From: Rhodospirillales bacterium
GTDB lineage: Bacteria > Pseudomonadota > Alphaproteobacteria > Bin95
Direction of reading: 5' to 3'
Length of the DNA: 64,000 nucleotides
NCBI GenBank assembly: GCA_038143065.1
Contig: JAYQLI010000035.1
Span: 64,001-128,000, forward strand
Shown here: piece after piece, positions 11,872 to 23,019 of the stretch
Position numbering within the stretch: position 1 is the stretch's first letter
How the letters are laid out: each line of letters begins with the position of its first letter
Made by a program: the position numbers and the translations under genes
The notes under the pieces: generated by a model
What the model was told of the DNA's origin: nothing
The model's input: only the letters and a program-made list of their open reading frames with translations
The model's database searches: none

Positions 11872-13103
11872 TAGCTCCGATAATCCGCATTTATCTCGAT
11901 GTAGCCATGGGTGAGATCACAGGTCCAAACAGTTGAAGACCCTCGACCAAGGCCGATATCAACCTTAATGTCGATTTCTCGGCCTTGCATATGTTTTGCA
12001 ACAGGTGCTTCGTCATAGTCTTTTACAACCATGCCTTTAGCAGTGATTTCCACGCCGCCAATCCAGATACGCAAGCGATCCCTTTCTGCTCTTGCACCAG
12101 ATTTACCTACAGCCATTACTATTCGACCCCAGTTGGCATCTTCTCCGGCAATTGCGGTCTTTACTAAGGGAGAATTAGCAATGGCGAGGCCGATTGTTTT
12201 TGCAGCTCCTGAGGAGGTTGCGCCAGTTACCTGCACGGTAATGAATTTGGTGGCGCCTTCTCCATCCCTTACGACTTGCTGAGCAAGATCATGACAAATT
12301 TCTAAGAGAGCGTTTTTGAAGTCTCTGAGAACAGGATCATTAGCTGATTTTGGTAAAACATTTCCAGCTTTGCTAGTCGCAGCAAGAAGAACGGTATCTG
12401 AAGTTGAAGTGTCGCTATCAACAGTTATGCAGTTGAAACTTTTATCAACTGCCCGGGAAAGAAGTGACTGCAAAATCGACTGGGGGATAGCTGCATCAGT
12501 GGCAATGTAACCCAGCATTGTTGCCATATCAGGGGCAATCATTCCTGAACCTTTGACAATCCCGTTAATAATGACTGATTTGCCGCCGATGGTCGTGGTT
12601 GCTGTTGCCACCTTTACAAAGGTGTCGGTAGTCATGATTGCTGCGGCGGCCTTATCCCAACCTGTGGGTTTCAATTTTTTTACAAGTTTAGTTACACAGC
12701 TTGGAATTGCCCCTGGTCTGATCGGTTCTCCAATCACACCAGTGGATGATACATAAACATCTTTTTGGCGGCATCCAATTGCTGCAGTCGCAGCTTTCAC
12801 TGTCTCCTTCACGACTAAATCGCCTGCTCGGCCAGTAAAAGCATTTGCGTTGCCAGCATTTACAATTAGTGCACGTGCGTGTCCTCCGCCCTTTAATGCG
12901 CTCACACAATGTTCCACGGGAGCTGACCGAGTCTTTGATTTGGTCACAACGCCAGCCATGACCGTTCCCTTATCGAATACCATCAACATAACGTCATCAC
13001 GACCTTTGTAGCGAATGCCGCTATTCATAGTTGCAATGCTTACTCCGTTGACTGGAGCGAGCTTTGGGGCGTTTTCTGGAGCTAGAGGAGATTGTTTAAG
13101 CAT
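11871..13103 (-). CDS. argJ: Bifunctional ornithine/glutamate N-acetyltransferase
   Basis: NAGNANAFTG, KGSGMIAPDMAT, DTSTSDT, DGEGATK, YIEINADYRS. Confidence 0.97.
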   Translation of the reverse strand: MLKQSPLAPENAPKLAPVNGVSIATMNSGIRYKGRDDVMLMVFDKGTVMAGVVTKSKTRSAPVEHCVSALKGGGHARALIVNAGNANAFTGRAGDLVVKETVKAATAAIGCRQKDVYVSSTGVIGEPIRPGAIPSCVTKLVKKLKPTGWDKAAAAIMTTDTFVKVATATTTIGGKSVIINGIVKGSGMIAPDMATMLGYIATDAAIPQSILQSLLSRAVDKSFNCITVDSDTSTSDTVLLAATSKAGNVLPKSANDPVLRDFKNALLEICHDLAQQVVRDGEGATKFITVQVTGATSSGAAKTIGLAIANSPLVKTAIAGEDANWGRIVMAVGKSGARAERDRLRIWIGGVEITAKGMVVKDYDEAPVAKHMQGREIDIKVDIGLGRGSSTVWTCDLTHGYIEINADYRS

Positions 13104-13117
13104 TATGTTTCTCTAAT

Positions 13118-13975
13118 TTAGCGTGGCTTTTTTTGTGTTGGTTTGACTTCAGAACCATCGGGAGAGAACAGCTGTATTTTAGCTTCCGAATGCAGACGTT
13201 CTAGTTCTTTAATCATTGCTTTTGTTCGCGCTTCCTGCGACAGCTTTTGTTTTGCTTGCTCGAAAGGTGGTGGGGGCTCAGAGCGTATATCTTCGACTTT
13301 GATAACATGGAAGCCAAAACGTGTTTTCACTGGGGTCTTTGTATGAGTTCCAACTTCGAGAGCAAATGCAGCTTCTTGAAACGGCTGTACCATTTGCCCA
13401 GGTCCAAAATAACCTAAGTCTCCGCCACGTGGCCCTGATGGACCTACCGAAAAGGCTTTTGCTAACTCTTCGAAAGCCGCGCCTTCCTCAAGTTTTTGAA
13501 TTATATCTTCTGCTTCTTTCTCTGTTTTCACCAGAATATGGCGAGCAGATACTGACTTAACGCCAACTTTTTTCAAAGCTTCATAGCGTCTAAGTAATTC
13601 AGTTTCACTGCTTGCCTCTGAAGCAATTTTTGTAAGGTAAGCACTTGCAAGAACAGTAGATCGTGCTTGGTCCAGTTCAGCTTTTACTCTGGGATCATCG
13701 GCAACACCCGCTCTCACTGCGGCCTGAGCTGCCAATTCCTGATCAATGATGCGTTCCAAGACGGAAAAATAAAAAGACTTTGGGTCAAGTTGGCCCAAAT
13801 CATTAGCGTATGCATCTAGTGCCTGATCAACGCGAGACATGTTAATCTCGAAGCCATTAATCTTCGCAGCTATATTGTTTGGGTTATCTGAAATACCTAG
13901 GCTCTTTGTCTGTGCTGAAGCGCTATGTTGAAAAATCAATCCAGCAAAAGCGCCAGCTAAAAGAATTAAACGCAT
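13118..13975 (-). CDS. PpiC/PrsA-type peptidyl-prolyl isomerase, exported
   Basis: Signal peptide; ARHILV, GGDLGYF, FGFHVIKV. Confidence 0.92.
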   Translation of the reverse strand: MRLILLAGAFAGLIFQHSASAQTKSLGISDNPNNIAAKINGFEINMSRVDQALDAYANDLGQLDPKSFYFSVLERIIDQELAAQAAVRAGVADDPRVKAELDQARSTVLASAYLTKIASEASSETELLRRYEALKKVGVKSVSARHILVKTEKEAEDIIQKLEEGAAFEELAKAFSVGPSGPRGGDLGYFGPGQMVQPFQEAAFALEVGTHTKTPVKTRFGFHVIKVEDIRSEPPPPFEQAKQKLSQEARTKAMIKELERLHSEAKIQLFSPDGSEVKPTQKKPR

Positions 13976-14133
13976 TATAGAAATCTCCAAAGAAATACCT
14001 TGTTACTATTCTTAAACTTCATTTCGTTGACAGGGCACGAACCGGAGCTTATCTGTCAACCCTAACGTTTCCATGGGAGTCTTTGACTCCATCTTACAGA
14101 TGAGTAGCAGAGGCTCCAGTACTTGAGGCAATC

Positions 14134-16880
14134 ATGATAGGCGCAATCGTAAAGCGCGTGTTCGGCACCGCGAACGACCGCTATGTGAAATCACTACGCA
14201 GCCTTGTAGCTAAGGTTAATGAACTCGAACAGAGTTTTGAGGCACTTTCAGACGAAGAAATTCGTGGTCTGACGCAGAAATTTCGAGAACGGTTAAACGA
14301 AGGCGAAACTCTCGATCAAATAATGCCCGAAGCTTTCGCCGCAGTTCGAGAAGCCGCAAAGCGTACTTTAGGTCAACGTCATTTCGACGTGCAGCTTATG
14401 GGTGGGGCCGTTCTTCATGGTGGAATGATCACCGAAATGAAGACGGGCGAAGGTAAAACTCTCGTTGCTACTTTGGCAGTTTATTTGAATGCTATTCAGG
14501 GTAAGGGCGTCCACGTAGTAACAGTGAATGACTACCTTGCTCAACGTGATGCCAGCTGGATGGGAGCGGTATATAATTTTCTTGGTCTAACAGTTGGATG
14601 CATCATCCACGGTCTTATGGATGATGAGCGGCGCCGTCAGTACGCGGCAGATGTTACCTACGGTACAAACAACGAATTTGGTTTTGATTATCTAAGAGAT
14701 AATATGAAATTTCGTCTCGATGATATGGTTCAAAGACCTTTTAACTTTGCAATTGTAGATGAAGTGGACTCCATCCTTATTGATGAAGCCCGAACACCTC
14801 TAATTATTTCGGGAGCAGCAGAGCAGTCCTCTGAGTTGTATCGCTCGGTCGACAGTTTAATGCAGGGAATACAGCCTGAAGATTATGAGAAAGACGAGAA
14901 GTCAAAAGCGGTTGGCCTAACAGACATTGGTACTGAAAAAATAGAGGCAAAGCTGCAAGAAGCCGGCCTTCTTCCCGAAGGTGGCCTGTATGATGTTGCG
15001 AACATTTCTCTTGTGCATCACGTAAATCAAGCGCTTAAGGCACATACTCTTTTTGAGCGTGATACTGATTATATGGTTAAGGACGGTAAGGTTGTCATAA
15101 TCGACGAATTTACTGGTCGCGCAATGGAAGGTCGTCGTTATTCAGAGGGCCTTCATCAAGCTCTTGAAGCCAAGGAAAGCGTTGAGGTTCAGCTAGAAAA
15201 TCAGACCCTTGCTTCAATTACTTTCCAGAACTATTTCCGCCTTTATCCCAAGTTATCAGGCATGACCGGTACAGCAATGACCGAGGCGGGAGAATTTGAT
15301 GAAATCTATAAGCTTCGCGTCATAGAAATGCCAACCAATGTTTCGGTAGCTAGAGAAGATTTTGATGATGAAGTTTATCGGTCTTTGAAGGAAAAAAACA
15401 AAGCAATCGTTGATGAAATTCGCAATCGAAATGGTAATAAACAACCAATTTTGGTTGGAACGGTTTCAATCGAAAAATCCGAAGCTTTGTCGCAAGAATT
15501 AAAGAAAGCAAATATTCCTCATCAGGTATTAAATGCTCGTTATCATGAGCAAGAGGCTGGAATAATCGCGTTGGCAGGCAAGCCAGGAGCCGTGACAATT
15601 GCAACTAATATGGCTGGTCGAGGGACCGATATACAGCTAGGTGGCAATAGGGAAATGATGCTTGCCTCGGCACTTGCGAATATTTCTGATGAAGCTGAGC
15701 AACTCCGCGTTACAGAAGAAATAGATGCAGAAATTGCTAGAGATAAAAAAATTGCTCTCGAGGCTGGGGGCTTTTTGTTCTAGCAACGGAGCGTCACGAA
15801 AGCCGCCGCATAGACAATCAGCTCCGTGGCCGTTCTGGACGTCAAGGTGATCCAGGTGCTTCAAAGTTCTTCATAAGCCTTCAAGACGACCTTATGCGCA
15901 TTTTTGGCTCAGAGCGGATGGATAATGTTCTGCGGCGACTTGGGCTTAAAGAGGATGAGGCAATAGTTCATCCTTGGATCAACAGGGCATTAGAAAAGGC
16001 CCAAGGCAAAGTCGAGGCGCGTAATTTCGAAATTCGAAAAAACCTCCTGCGCTTCGATGATGTGATGAATGATCAGCGCAAAGTAATTTACGAACAGCGT
16101 CGTGAGATTATGGACGCTGATGATGTGAGAGCTGATATTGAGGATATGCGGAGGCAGGTTGTTGAAGAGTTAGTAGCTTCGCACATTCCTGCTAACGCGT
16201 TGGCAGAACAGTGGGATAGTGAAGGCCTTCAGGCAGCATTTGTCGCTAATCTTGGCCTAGAATATCCCATAGTTGAGTGGGCCAAAGAAGAGGGTATTGC
16301 TGATGAGGAGATCGTCGAGCGAGTGCTTTCCGATATGGATAGGCGGTTAGCTGAGAAGGCGGCTAACTTTGGCCCAGACATGATGCGTTTTGCTGAAAAA
16401 AGTATTCTGCTCCAACTTTTAGACCAGGTGTGGAAAGAGCATTTGTTAGCGTTAGATCATCTCAGACAAGGTATTGGTCTTCGGGCATATGCTCAGCGTG
16501 ATCCTTTAAATGAGTACAAGCATGAAGCTTTTGAGCTTTTTGAAGGAATGTTAGGCCGGCTTCGTACGGTAGTTTCTGGGGCGCTTTTACATCTTCAAAT
16601 TCAAGCACCAATCCCCGAAATGGGTAGTGCTATGCAAGTCGGCGACATGGTCGCGGAACATCCCGATGCGGTCGGTATGTCAGACGAATTAAGTAACGAA
16701 CCTTCTGCAGGTGCAGTTCAGCAAGAGTCCAGACCTGCAGCAGTTCCTCGCCAAACTAGGTTAGCTTCAGCTGGTACAATTGATCCGAGTGATCCCTCAA
16801 CATGGGGGCGGGTGTCACGTAATGATCGATGTCCTTGTGGATCAGGTCTTAAGTACAAGCATTGTCACGGAAAAGTTTAG
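14134..16880 (+). CDS. secA: Preprotein translocase SecA (frameshift near 15770)
   Basis: [54 protein letters not shown]-terminal [18 protein letters not shown]. Confidence 0.98.
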
Positions 16881-16895
16881 GTTAGCTTTAAAAGA

Positions 16896-17738
16896 CTATT
16901 TTAGTTCGAATTTTCTGAACTTTTCACTCCAGTCTGGATGCCATCTTGAGAGTGCTGGGCGGTTTTCCGTAACGTCTTGGGCTGACCATAGGATCCGCTT
17001 AGCATCCATTTCGCGACTAACTTCACCATCTGGACAGACGATGTAAAAATCTCCTGAACCCACTCTCGAGAGCATTTCGTCTATTACTTGCTCTGGCATC
17101 CACGCACCTTGTTTATGTTGGTTTTTTCCTGTGGTTGTCCATCCAGGAATCAGCAGATGAGCAGTTGTTTGACAATTGGGCGTGGAACGGAGGTCATATG
17201 CCAGTCCTTCAGTAAGGTTACGAACAGCCGCTTTGCAAAGATTATATACAGGATGTCCCGGTGGATTGGTTATTCCCTGCTTCGATCCGGCATTTATGAC
17301 CCGAGAGGGCATGCCTTTTTCTATCATTGCAGGCACAAAACATCGAACGCCATTTATTACGCCCCAAAGATTTACATCTACAGCGCGTTTCCAGTCTTCA
17401 ATATCTGCCCACATTCCTCGCCCAACACGGGTGACAGCATTATTAAATAGGATAGAGGGTGTTCCAAACTTTTTGCAGATGTCGTCGCGGAAGTTTTCCA
17501 TCGCAGTGACGTCAGAGACATCGCAAACTTGTGTTAAAACATTGTCCTGTCCGACAATTTCAGTGATCTCTTTGTGAACTGAATTTAGATCATCACTTGG
17601 TAAATCTGCAATTGCTACCCGCATTCCTAGATGGGCAAAACGAAGAGCACTGGCTCGGCCAATGCCGAGTGCAGCGCCAGTTACGACCGCAATATTTCCA
17701 ACATCAAATGCTGGATCAGTACTCTTAGTTTCCGACAC
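16896..17738 (-). CDS. Short-chain dehydrogenase/reductase
   Basis: TGAALGIG, NNA, YNLCK; GTG start next to the CDGSH stop. Confidence 0.88.
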   Translation of the reverse strand: MSETKSTDPAFDVGNIAVVTGAALGIGRASALRFAHLGMRVAIADLPSDDLNSVHKEITEIVGQDNVLTQVCDVSDVTAMENFRDDICKKFGTPSILFNNAVTRVGRGMWADIEDWKRAVDVNLWGVINGVRCFVPAMIEKGMPSRVINAGSKQGITNPPGHPVYNLCKAAVRNLTEGLAYDLRSTPNCQTTAHLLIPGWTTTGKNQHKQGAWMPEQVIDEMLSRVGSGDFYIVCPDGEVSREMDAKRILWSAQDVTENRPALSRWHPDWSEKFRKFELK

Positions 17739-17739
17739 C

Positions 17740-17979
17740 TTAGATCGCGTTGTGGGAGCCGTCGCAGTATGGACCTTTTTGCGTCTTTTTACATTGGCAA
17801 AGCCATGCTTCGCCTGCATTTTCAGAGGTAAAACGCTGAGGTCTAAAGTCTGTACCTTTGTGAGCGCCGTCGCAAAACGGCTGCTTTAAAGACTTACCGC
17901 AAGTGCACCAAAAATACTTTTTTCCTGCTTCGAGTTTAACAGCGGCTGGTTCTTTCGCGGCAATTTCAGGATCACTCAT
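17740..17979 (-). CDS. Tandem CDGSH 2Fe-2S protein (MiNT/CISD3-like)
   Basis: WCTCGKSLKQPFCDGAH and LCQCKKTQKGPYCDGSH. Confidence 0.93.
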   Translation of the reverse strand: MSDPEIAAKEPAAVKLEAGKKYFWCTCGKSLKQPFCDGAHKGTDFRPQRFTSENAGEAWLCQCKKTQKGPYCDGSHNAI

Positions 17980-18114
17980 CGATTTCAATACTCCAGAAAC
18001 AATTGTCTGTTTAGATTGCCGTTTAATAATCATTTCATCAAGCTAAACTAAACATGCATATTCTATAACTTAGAGTTATTATGGTCGATCGGTTCAAGAG
18101 TTGTTGGAGCAGTC

Positions 18115-18792
18115 ATGATTGATAAACGCGTCAATAGTGTGGAGGAGGCGATCCATGGTCTATTTGATGGGGCCACGTTGATGGTTTCCGGCTTCGGCGG
18201 TGCTGGCGTACCAGTAGAATTAATCAAGGCTTTAGATCGCTCTCAAATTACCGACCTAAATATTGTAATAAATGCTGTGCGCTTTCTAGAGATGCATGCA
18301 CCAGGTCTTTTCCAAGATCATCGTGTTAAAAGTCTTGTGTGTAGTGCGTTCCGCGGACGCGACCGTGACCCCAGCCATTACGAGCGTCAATGGCAAGCTG
18401 GAGAACTGGCTATCGATTTATCTCCTCAAGGGAGTTTTTCAGAGCGAATACGCGCGGGAGGGGCAGGGATTCCGGCTTTCTTTACTCCGACAGCAGCTGG
18501 TACTCAGCTAGCTGAAGGTAAAGAGGTCCGCGAATTTGATGGGCGTCAATGCATTTTAGAAACAGCAATAAAAGGCGATTTTGCTTTCCTTCGAGCTGCT
18601 GAAGCTGATCGTTTTGGTAATCTTCGCTTTAGGGGAACCCAATCAAATTTTGGCCCAATTATGGCTATGGCGTCGAAGGTCGCCATCGCCGAAGTTGTAT
18701 CCTTTTCTGACAAACCTTTGGAAGCAGATCAAATTCACCTTTCCGGTGTATTTATCGATCGCATTTTAGTTGCTTCTGAGACTGGAGTTTAA
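18115..18792 (+). CDS. 3-oxoacid CoA-transferase subunit A (PcaI/ScoA-like)
   Basis: DGATLMVSGFGGAGVP, PQGSFSERIRAGGAGIPAFFTPT. Confidence 0.9.
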   Translation: MIDKRVNSVEEAIHGLFDGATLMVSGFGGAGVPVELIKALDRSQITDLNIVINAVRFLEMHAPGLFQDHRVKSLVCSAFRGRDRDPSHYERQWQAGELAIDLSPQGSFSERIRAGGAGIPAFFTPTAAGTQLAEGKEVREFDGRQCILETAIKGDFAFLRAAEADRFGNLRFRGTQSNFGPIMAMASKVAIAEVVSFSDKPLEADQIHLSGVFIDRILVASETGV

Positions 18793-18795
18793 AAC

Positions 18796-19470
18796 ATGGT
18801 TAAGCCTCTCAGTCGAAATCAAATGGCTTGGCGAGCTGCTCAGGACCTGGAAGAAGGTATGGTGGTAAATCTTGGTATGGGTATGCCTGTACTGGCAGCC
18901 AGTTACGCCCCCGAGGGACGAGAAATAATCTTTCAGTCGGAGAATGGTATTGTTGGCGCTGGACCTGAAGCAACTGAAGAACAGCGTGACCCAGATTTGG
19001 TTGATGCTAGCAGTCGATTTGTGACGCTTGCAGCAGGAGCCTCTCTCATCGAGTCTGCGGCATCTTTCGCTATGATCAGGGGAGGTCATATTGATGTTAC
19101 GATGCTTGGTGGCTTTGAAGTTGCATCAAACGGTGACCTCGCTAACTGGGACATGCAGGTGCCAAATAAAGGTCAACTTGTCGGTGGTGCTATGGATCTA
19201 GCAGTTGGTGCCGGTGAGGTAAGAGTGATAATGCAGCACCAAACTAAAGACGGAAGTCCGCGGCTTTTGAATGTTTGCAGATTACCTTTGACTGCTCCTG
19301 CATGCGTTACTCGAATTTATACTGACCTTGCTGTAGTAGACGTGAAAGAAAGTGGATTTTTGGTTCAAGAAATGTTGCACGGAATGACGGAGGAAGAGCT
19401 TCAGGCTCGTTCGGAGGCTCCACTTTCTTTTGCCGCCAATCTTAAACCTCTAGCTACTCCAGATATTTAA
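18796..19470 (+). CDS. 3-oxoacid CoA-transferase subunit B (PcaJ/ScoB-like)
   Basis: VNLGMGMP, SENG catalytic motif, GGAMDLA. Confidence 0.9.
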   Translation: MVKPLSRNQMAWRAAQDLEEGMVVNLGMGMPVLAASYAPEGREIIFQSENGIVGAGPEATEEQRDPDLVDASSRFVTLAAGASLIESAASFAMIRGGHIDVTMLGGFEVASNGDLANWDMQVPNKGQLVGGAMDLAVGAGEVRVIMQHQTKDGSPRLLNVCRLPLTAPACVTRIYTDLAVVDVKESGFLVQEMLHGMTEEELQARSEAPLSFAANLKPLATPDI

Positions 19471-19549
19471 CGGTCAAAAACGTCTATTCAAAAGTTAGTT
19501 GGGTTGGTCCTAACAAGCTTTAGTCACAGGGCTTTCGAAAGGATATAAC

Positions 19550-19945
19550 ATGAAAATTCATCGCGCTGCTGCAAGACCAACAAAGACTGCCCCAACAGAC
19601 AAATTTACCGGCCAGGTATTTCAGGACGAGGTATTGGTTGGTCAGTCACCATCCAGGATGCGGGCTACCAATGTAACATTTAATCCAGGCGCACGAACAG
19701 CTTGGCATCAGCATCCTGTTGGACAAACTCTATTAGCCATTTCGGGTATAGGCCGAGTTCAAGTAGAGGGAGGGGCGGTAGAGGAATTGTTCCCTGGCGA
19801 TACAGCGATAATACCTCCGAACACGAGGCATTGGCATGGGGCTGCGCCAAATCGTATTTTCACTCATCTTGCCATGTCGGAGACTGGAGATAATGGGGCA
19901 GGGACAGAGTGGTTCGAAAAAGTTTCAGATGATCAGTATAAATAG
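19550..19945 (+). CDS. Cupin, hydroxynitrile-lyase-like family
   Basis: VTFNPGARTAWHQHPVGQTL...HWHGAAP...THLA. Confidence 0.8.
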   Translation: MKIHRAAARPTKTAPTDKFTGQVFQDEVLVGQSPSRMRATNVTFNPGARTAWHQHPVGQTLLAISGIGRVQVEGGAVEELFPGDTAIIPPNTRHWHGAAPNRIFTHLAMSETGDNGAGTEWFEKVSDDQYK

Positions 19946-19951
19946 GCCTCC

Positions 19952-20635
19952 TCATGGACTGGAGGCTAAGGCTGCATCTATTGCGGTGTTAATTGCGGCC
20001 ACTCCAGCTGCAGGCCCTTTACTGTGAGCCCATATGCCTCCTGCAACTGCTAAGAAGTCTGCTCCTGCCGAAACAATGGGTCCGCAATTTAGTTCGGTGA
20101 TGCCGCCAATCGCAACAGATGGGACGGTTGTCGCATCCTGCCACCAGGATAAGATTTCTGTATCGGCCGGAGTAGTTACACTTTTGGTGCTGCTCTCAAA
20201 GAATGCGCCAAACGCTACGTAATCCGCTCCTGCCTCTGCAGCGTCTACCGCGAGATCGCGGCTTGACTTACATGTGACGCCAATAGCTCGGTCGGGACCA
20301 AGAAGACGTCTTGCTTCTTGATATGGGAGATCCTCCTGTCCAATGTGAACGCCATCAGCGCCAGTTGCGGTCACTAGGTCAACTCGATCATTCAGTATAA
20401 ACGCCACGTCGCGGGACTGCACAACGGGAGCCAGAATTTCAGCAGCTCTTTTCCAGTCGTCATCGGAAACTTGTTTTAGTCTTAATTGCACGCAGGCAAC
20501 ATCGCCAGCATCCAAGGCTGATTCTAAATCGGCACTAAATTTTGAAAGCGAGCCCGCGTCACATAAAAGTGATGCTGGAGTAATGAGATAAAGGCGGCAG
20601 CGGGGCCGTACATCGTCTGCTACCGCCTCAACCAT
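19952..20635 (-). CDS. thiE: Thiamine phosphate synthase
   Basis: [29 protein letters not shown]. Confidence 0.88.
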   Translation of the reverse strand: MVEAVADDVRPRCRLYLITPASLLCDAGSLSKFSADLESALDAGDVACVQLRLKQVSDDDWKRAAEILAPVVQSRDVAFILNDRVDLVTATGADGVHIGQEDLPYQEARRLLGPDRAIGVTCKSSRDLAVDAAEAGADYVAFGAFFESSTKSVTTPADTEILSWWQDATTVPSVAIGGITELNCGPIVSAGADFLAVAGGIWAHSKGPAAGVAAINTAIDAALASSP

Positions 20636-20638
20636 TAT

Positions 20639-21559
20639 TTAAGCTTTCCCTTGGTAAATTTTCACAATTGTGTCTAGAAGAGCTAATGCATCCTTCTTGT
20701 CTCTCTGGAAGCTGTTGCGACCAATAATTGAACCATTAGCTCCTCCAGCCGCGATCTCACGAATTTCGTCGAGTACTGCTTCAGTCCCCTTAGCTGAGCC
20801 GCCAGAAAACACAACGATACGCCGTCCGTTAAAGGCAGACTGCATCACATGTTCAATCCTCTGGGAAAGTGACTTGGAAGGAACATTTGCTTTTGTAAGC
20901 GCGTCGGCAGCCTCTTTTTGTTCCACATGGTCTGTAGGAGGCTTAACTTTAATTATGTGAGCGCCAAGGAGGGCCGCGAGATGTGCCGCATAGGCTGTTA
21001 CATCTAGGGCGGTTTCTCCATCTTTAGAGAGAGCACCGCCTCTGGGGTACGACCATAGTACCACAGCTAATCCCACAGCTTTCGCTTCAGCGGCCAACTC
21101 TCGAAACTCTTCCATCATTTCAAATTGATCATCTGCGCCAGGATAAATTGTAAAACCTATCGCAGAGCAACCAAGACGCAGGGCATCGTCCACTGATCCA
21201 TAGACCGCTTGATCCTTGGATGTCGCATGGCTATTCGAGCTATTCATTTTCAGAATAGTGGGGATCTGACCCGCAAAGGTATCTGCGCCTGCTTCGATCA
21301 TTCCAAGGGGAGCAGCATATGCGTTCAGCCCCGCGTCCACTGCTAGTTGAAAGTGATAATGAGGATCGTATCCGGGAGGGTTGGGTGCAAAGCTGCGATC
21401 GGGTCCATGTTCGAAACCCTGATCGACAGGCAGAATAACCATTTTGCCAGTCCCGGCTAATTTTCCATGCATTAAAATGCGTGCAATGTTTCCTTTTGTG
21501 CCGGGGTTATCGCTTTCGTACCACGACAGAATTTCTTTAACTTTGCGGGTTACTCGCAT
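20639..21559 (-). CDS. fbaB: Class I (DhnA-type) fructose-bisphosphate aldolase
   Basis: LPVDQGFEHGP, WSYPRG, IIKVKPP, GSIIGRNSFQR. Confidence 0.95.
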   Translation of the reverse strand: MRVTRKVKEILSWYESDNPGTKGNIARILMHGKLAGTGKMVILPVDQGFEHGPDRSFAPNPPGYDPHYHFQLAVDAGLNAYAAPLGMIEAGADTFAGQIPTILKMNSSNSHATSKDQAVYGSVDDALRLGCSAIGFTIYPGADDQFEMMEEFRELAAEAKAVGLAVVLWSYPRGGALSKDGETALDVTAYAAHLAALLGAHIIKVKPPTDHVEQKEAADALTKANVPSKSLSQRIEHVMQSAFNGRRIVVFSGGSAKGTEAVLDEIREIAAGGANGSIIGRNSFQRDKKDALALLDTIVKIYQGKA

Positions 21560-21567
21560 GATTTTTC

Positions 21568-21969
21568 CTATATCGAGTTTGTTTTAAGTAAATTTTGGCA
21601 AGCAATTTTGGGTTCCGGTTGGAAGGCAAGGTCGATGTCAGCTGGCTGATCATCTATCAACACTCCTCGTTCGTCTGCTAATTTTCGCAATCGAGAGAAG
21701 GCAGGTGTGTCATCCATTGCGATTTGATCGACACCCTCGGCAATTGCGGCGTATGCATCTCCGGGCCAAATTCCAGAGTCAAAAGTGAATTTGATATTGG
21801 CTTTAGGCGCAGCTTGTTGCGTTAATTTGACGAGGGCAAGCCATCCACCAATACCAAGACTCCTTCCAATTCCAGGCGTAGATCTAATAGTAATCCTTTG
21901 CCCAGTCGAAGCAGCAGCTTTTGCCGCTGCCAGTGATTGGGCTAAGTTATGGACTACCACTGATACCAC
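21568..21969 (-). CDS. Conserved hypothetical protein (partial TIM-barrel/aldolase-like) in gap-fba operon
   Basis: 133-aa ORF co-oriented and tightly spaced between gap and fbaB. Confidence 0.6.
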   Translation of the reverse strand: MVSVVVHNLAQSLAAAKAAASTGQRITIRSTPGIGRSLGIGGWLALVKLTQQAAPKANIKFTFDSGIWPGDAYAAIAEGVDQIAMDDTPAFSRLRKLADERGVLIDDQPADIDLAFQPEPKIACQNLLKTNSI

Positions 21970-21978
21970 GAGCGCGGC

Positions 21979-22989
21979 TTAGATTTTTGCCGCTAGGGCA
22001 GTTGCTGTATCAGACATCCGGTTGGAGAAGCCCCATTCGTTGTCGTACCAGGAAAGCACCCGAACGAGACCGCCTTCAACCACCTGCGTTTGCGTAGCAT
22101 CGAATGTGGAAGAGAAGTTGCTGTGGTTAAAGTCCACAGAGACCAACGCTTCCTCATTATATCCGAGTATCCCTTTAAGTTTGCCGCGCGCAGCTTTTTT
22201 GATTGCAGCATTTACCTCATCAACTGAGGTTTTCTTTTTAGGGATAAACTTAAAATCTATGACAGAGACATTCGACGTTGGTACGCGAATTGCTGTTCCG
22301 TCTAGTTTTCCTTTTAATTCTGGAAGAACTAGCCCAACAGCCCGAGCTGCTCCTGTAGAGGTAGGGATCATAGATAATGCCCCGCCGCGGGCGCGGCGAA
22401 TATCAGAATGATAAGTATCATGGAGTACTTGGTCGCCTGTGTAGGCGTGGATAGTTGTCATGTAACCTGACTTAATCCCAAAAGTATCATTCAGAACAGA
22501 AGCTACTGGTGCTAAGCAGTTCGTAGTGCATGAAGCATTTGAAATAATATCATGTTTTTTTGTTATTTTTCTGTGATTGACCCCGTAGACAACAGTCAAA
22601 TCTACTCCAGAGGCTGGCGCTGAAATTAGCACCTTTTTTGCTCCTGCAGTTAGATGGGCACTTGCCTTCTCCTTATCGGCAAAGATCCCTGTGCATTCCA
22701 TCACAACGTCTATATCAAGATCACCCCAAGGTAGATCAGCTGGGTTACGCTCTGCAAACGACTTGATGACTGGGCCACCGTTTACTGAAATCCCGTCCTT
22801 TTTGGCCTTTACCTCTCCTGGGAAACGACCATGCACTGAATCATATTGGAGCAGATGAGCATTTATGTCTGCTGCACCCAGATCATTGATTGCAACGAAC
22901 TCTATGTCATCACGGCCACTTTCTAGTGCTGCCCGCTTTGCCAGTCGTCCAATGCGTCCAAATCCATTGATCGCGACCCGAACTGCCAT
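21979..22989 (-). CDS. gap: Glyceraldehyde-3-phosphate dehydrogenase
   Basis: [30 protein letters not shown]. Confidence 0.98.
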   Translation of the reverse strand: MAVRVAINGFGRIGRLAKRAALESGRDDIEFVAINDLGAADINAHLLQYDSVHGRFPGEVKAKKDGISVNGGPVIKSFAERNPADLPWGDLDIDVVMECTGIFADKEKASAHLTAGAKKVLISAPASGVDLTVVYGVNHRKITKKHDIISNASCTTNCLAPVASVLNDTFGIKSGYMTTIHAYTGDQVLHDTYHSDIRRARGGALSMIPTSTGAARAVGLVLPELKGKLDGTAIRVPTSNVSVIDFKFIPKKKTSVDEVNAAIKKAARGKLKGILGYNEEALVSVDFNHSNFSSTFDATQTQVVEGGLVRVLSWYDNEWGFSNRMSDTATALAAKI

Positions 22990-23019
22990 GTGTTTCTCTC
23001 CCTCGTGAGGTTATTAACT

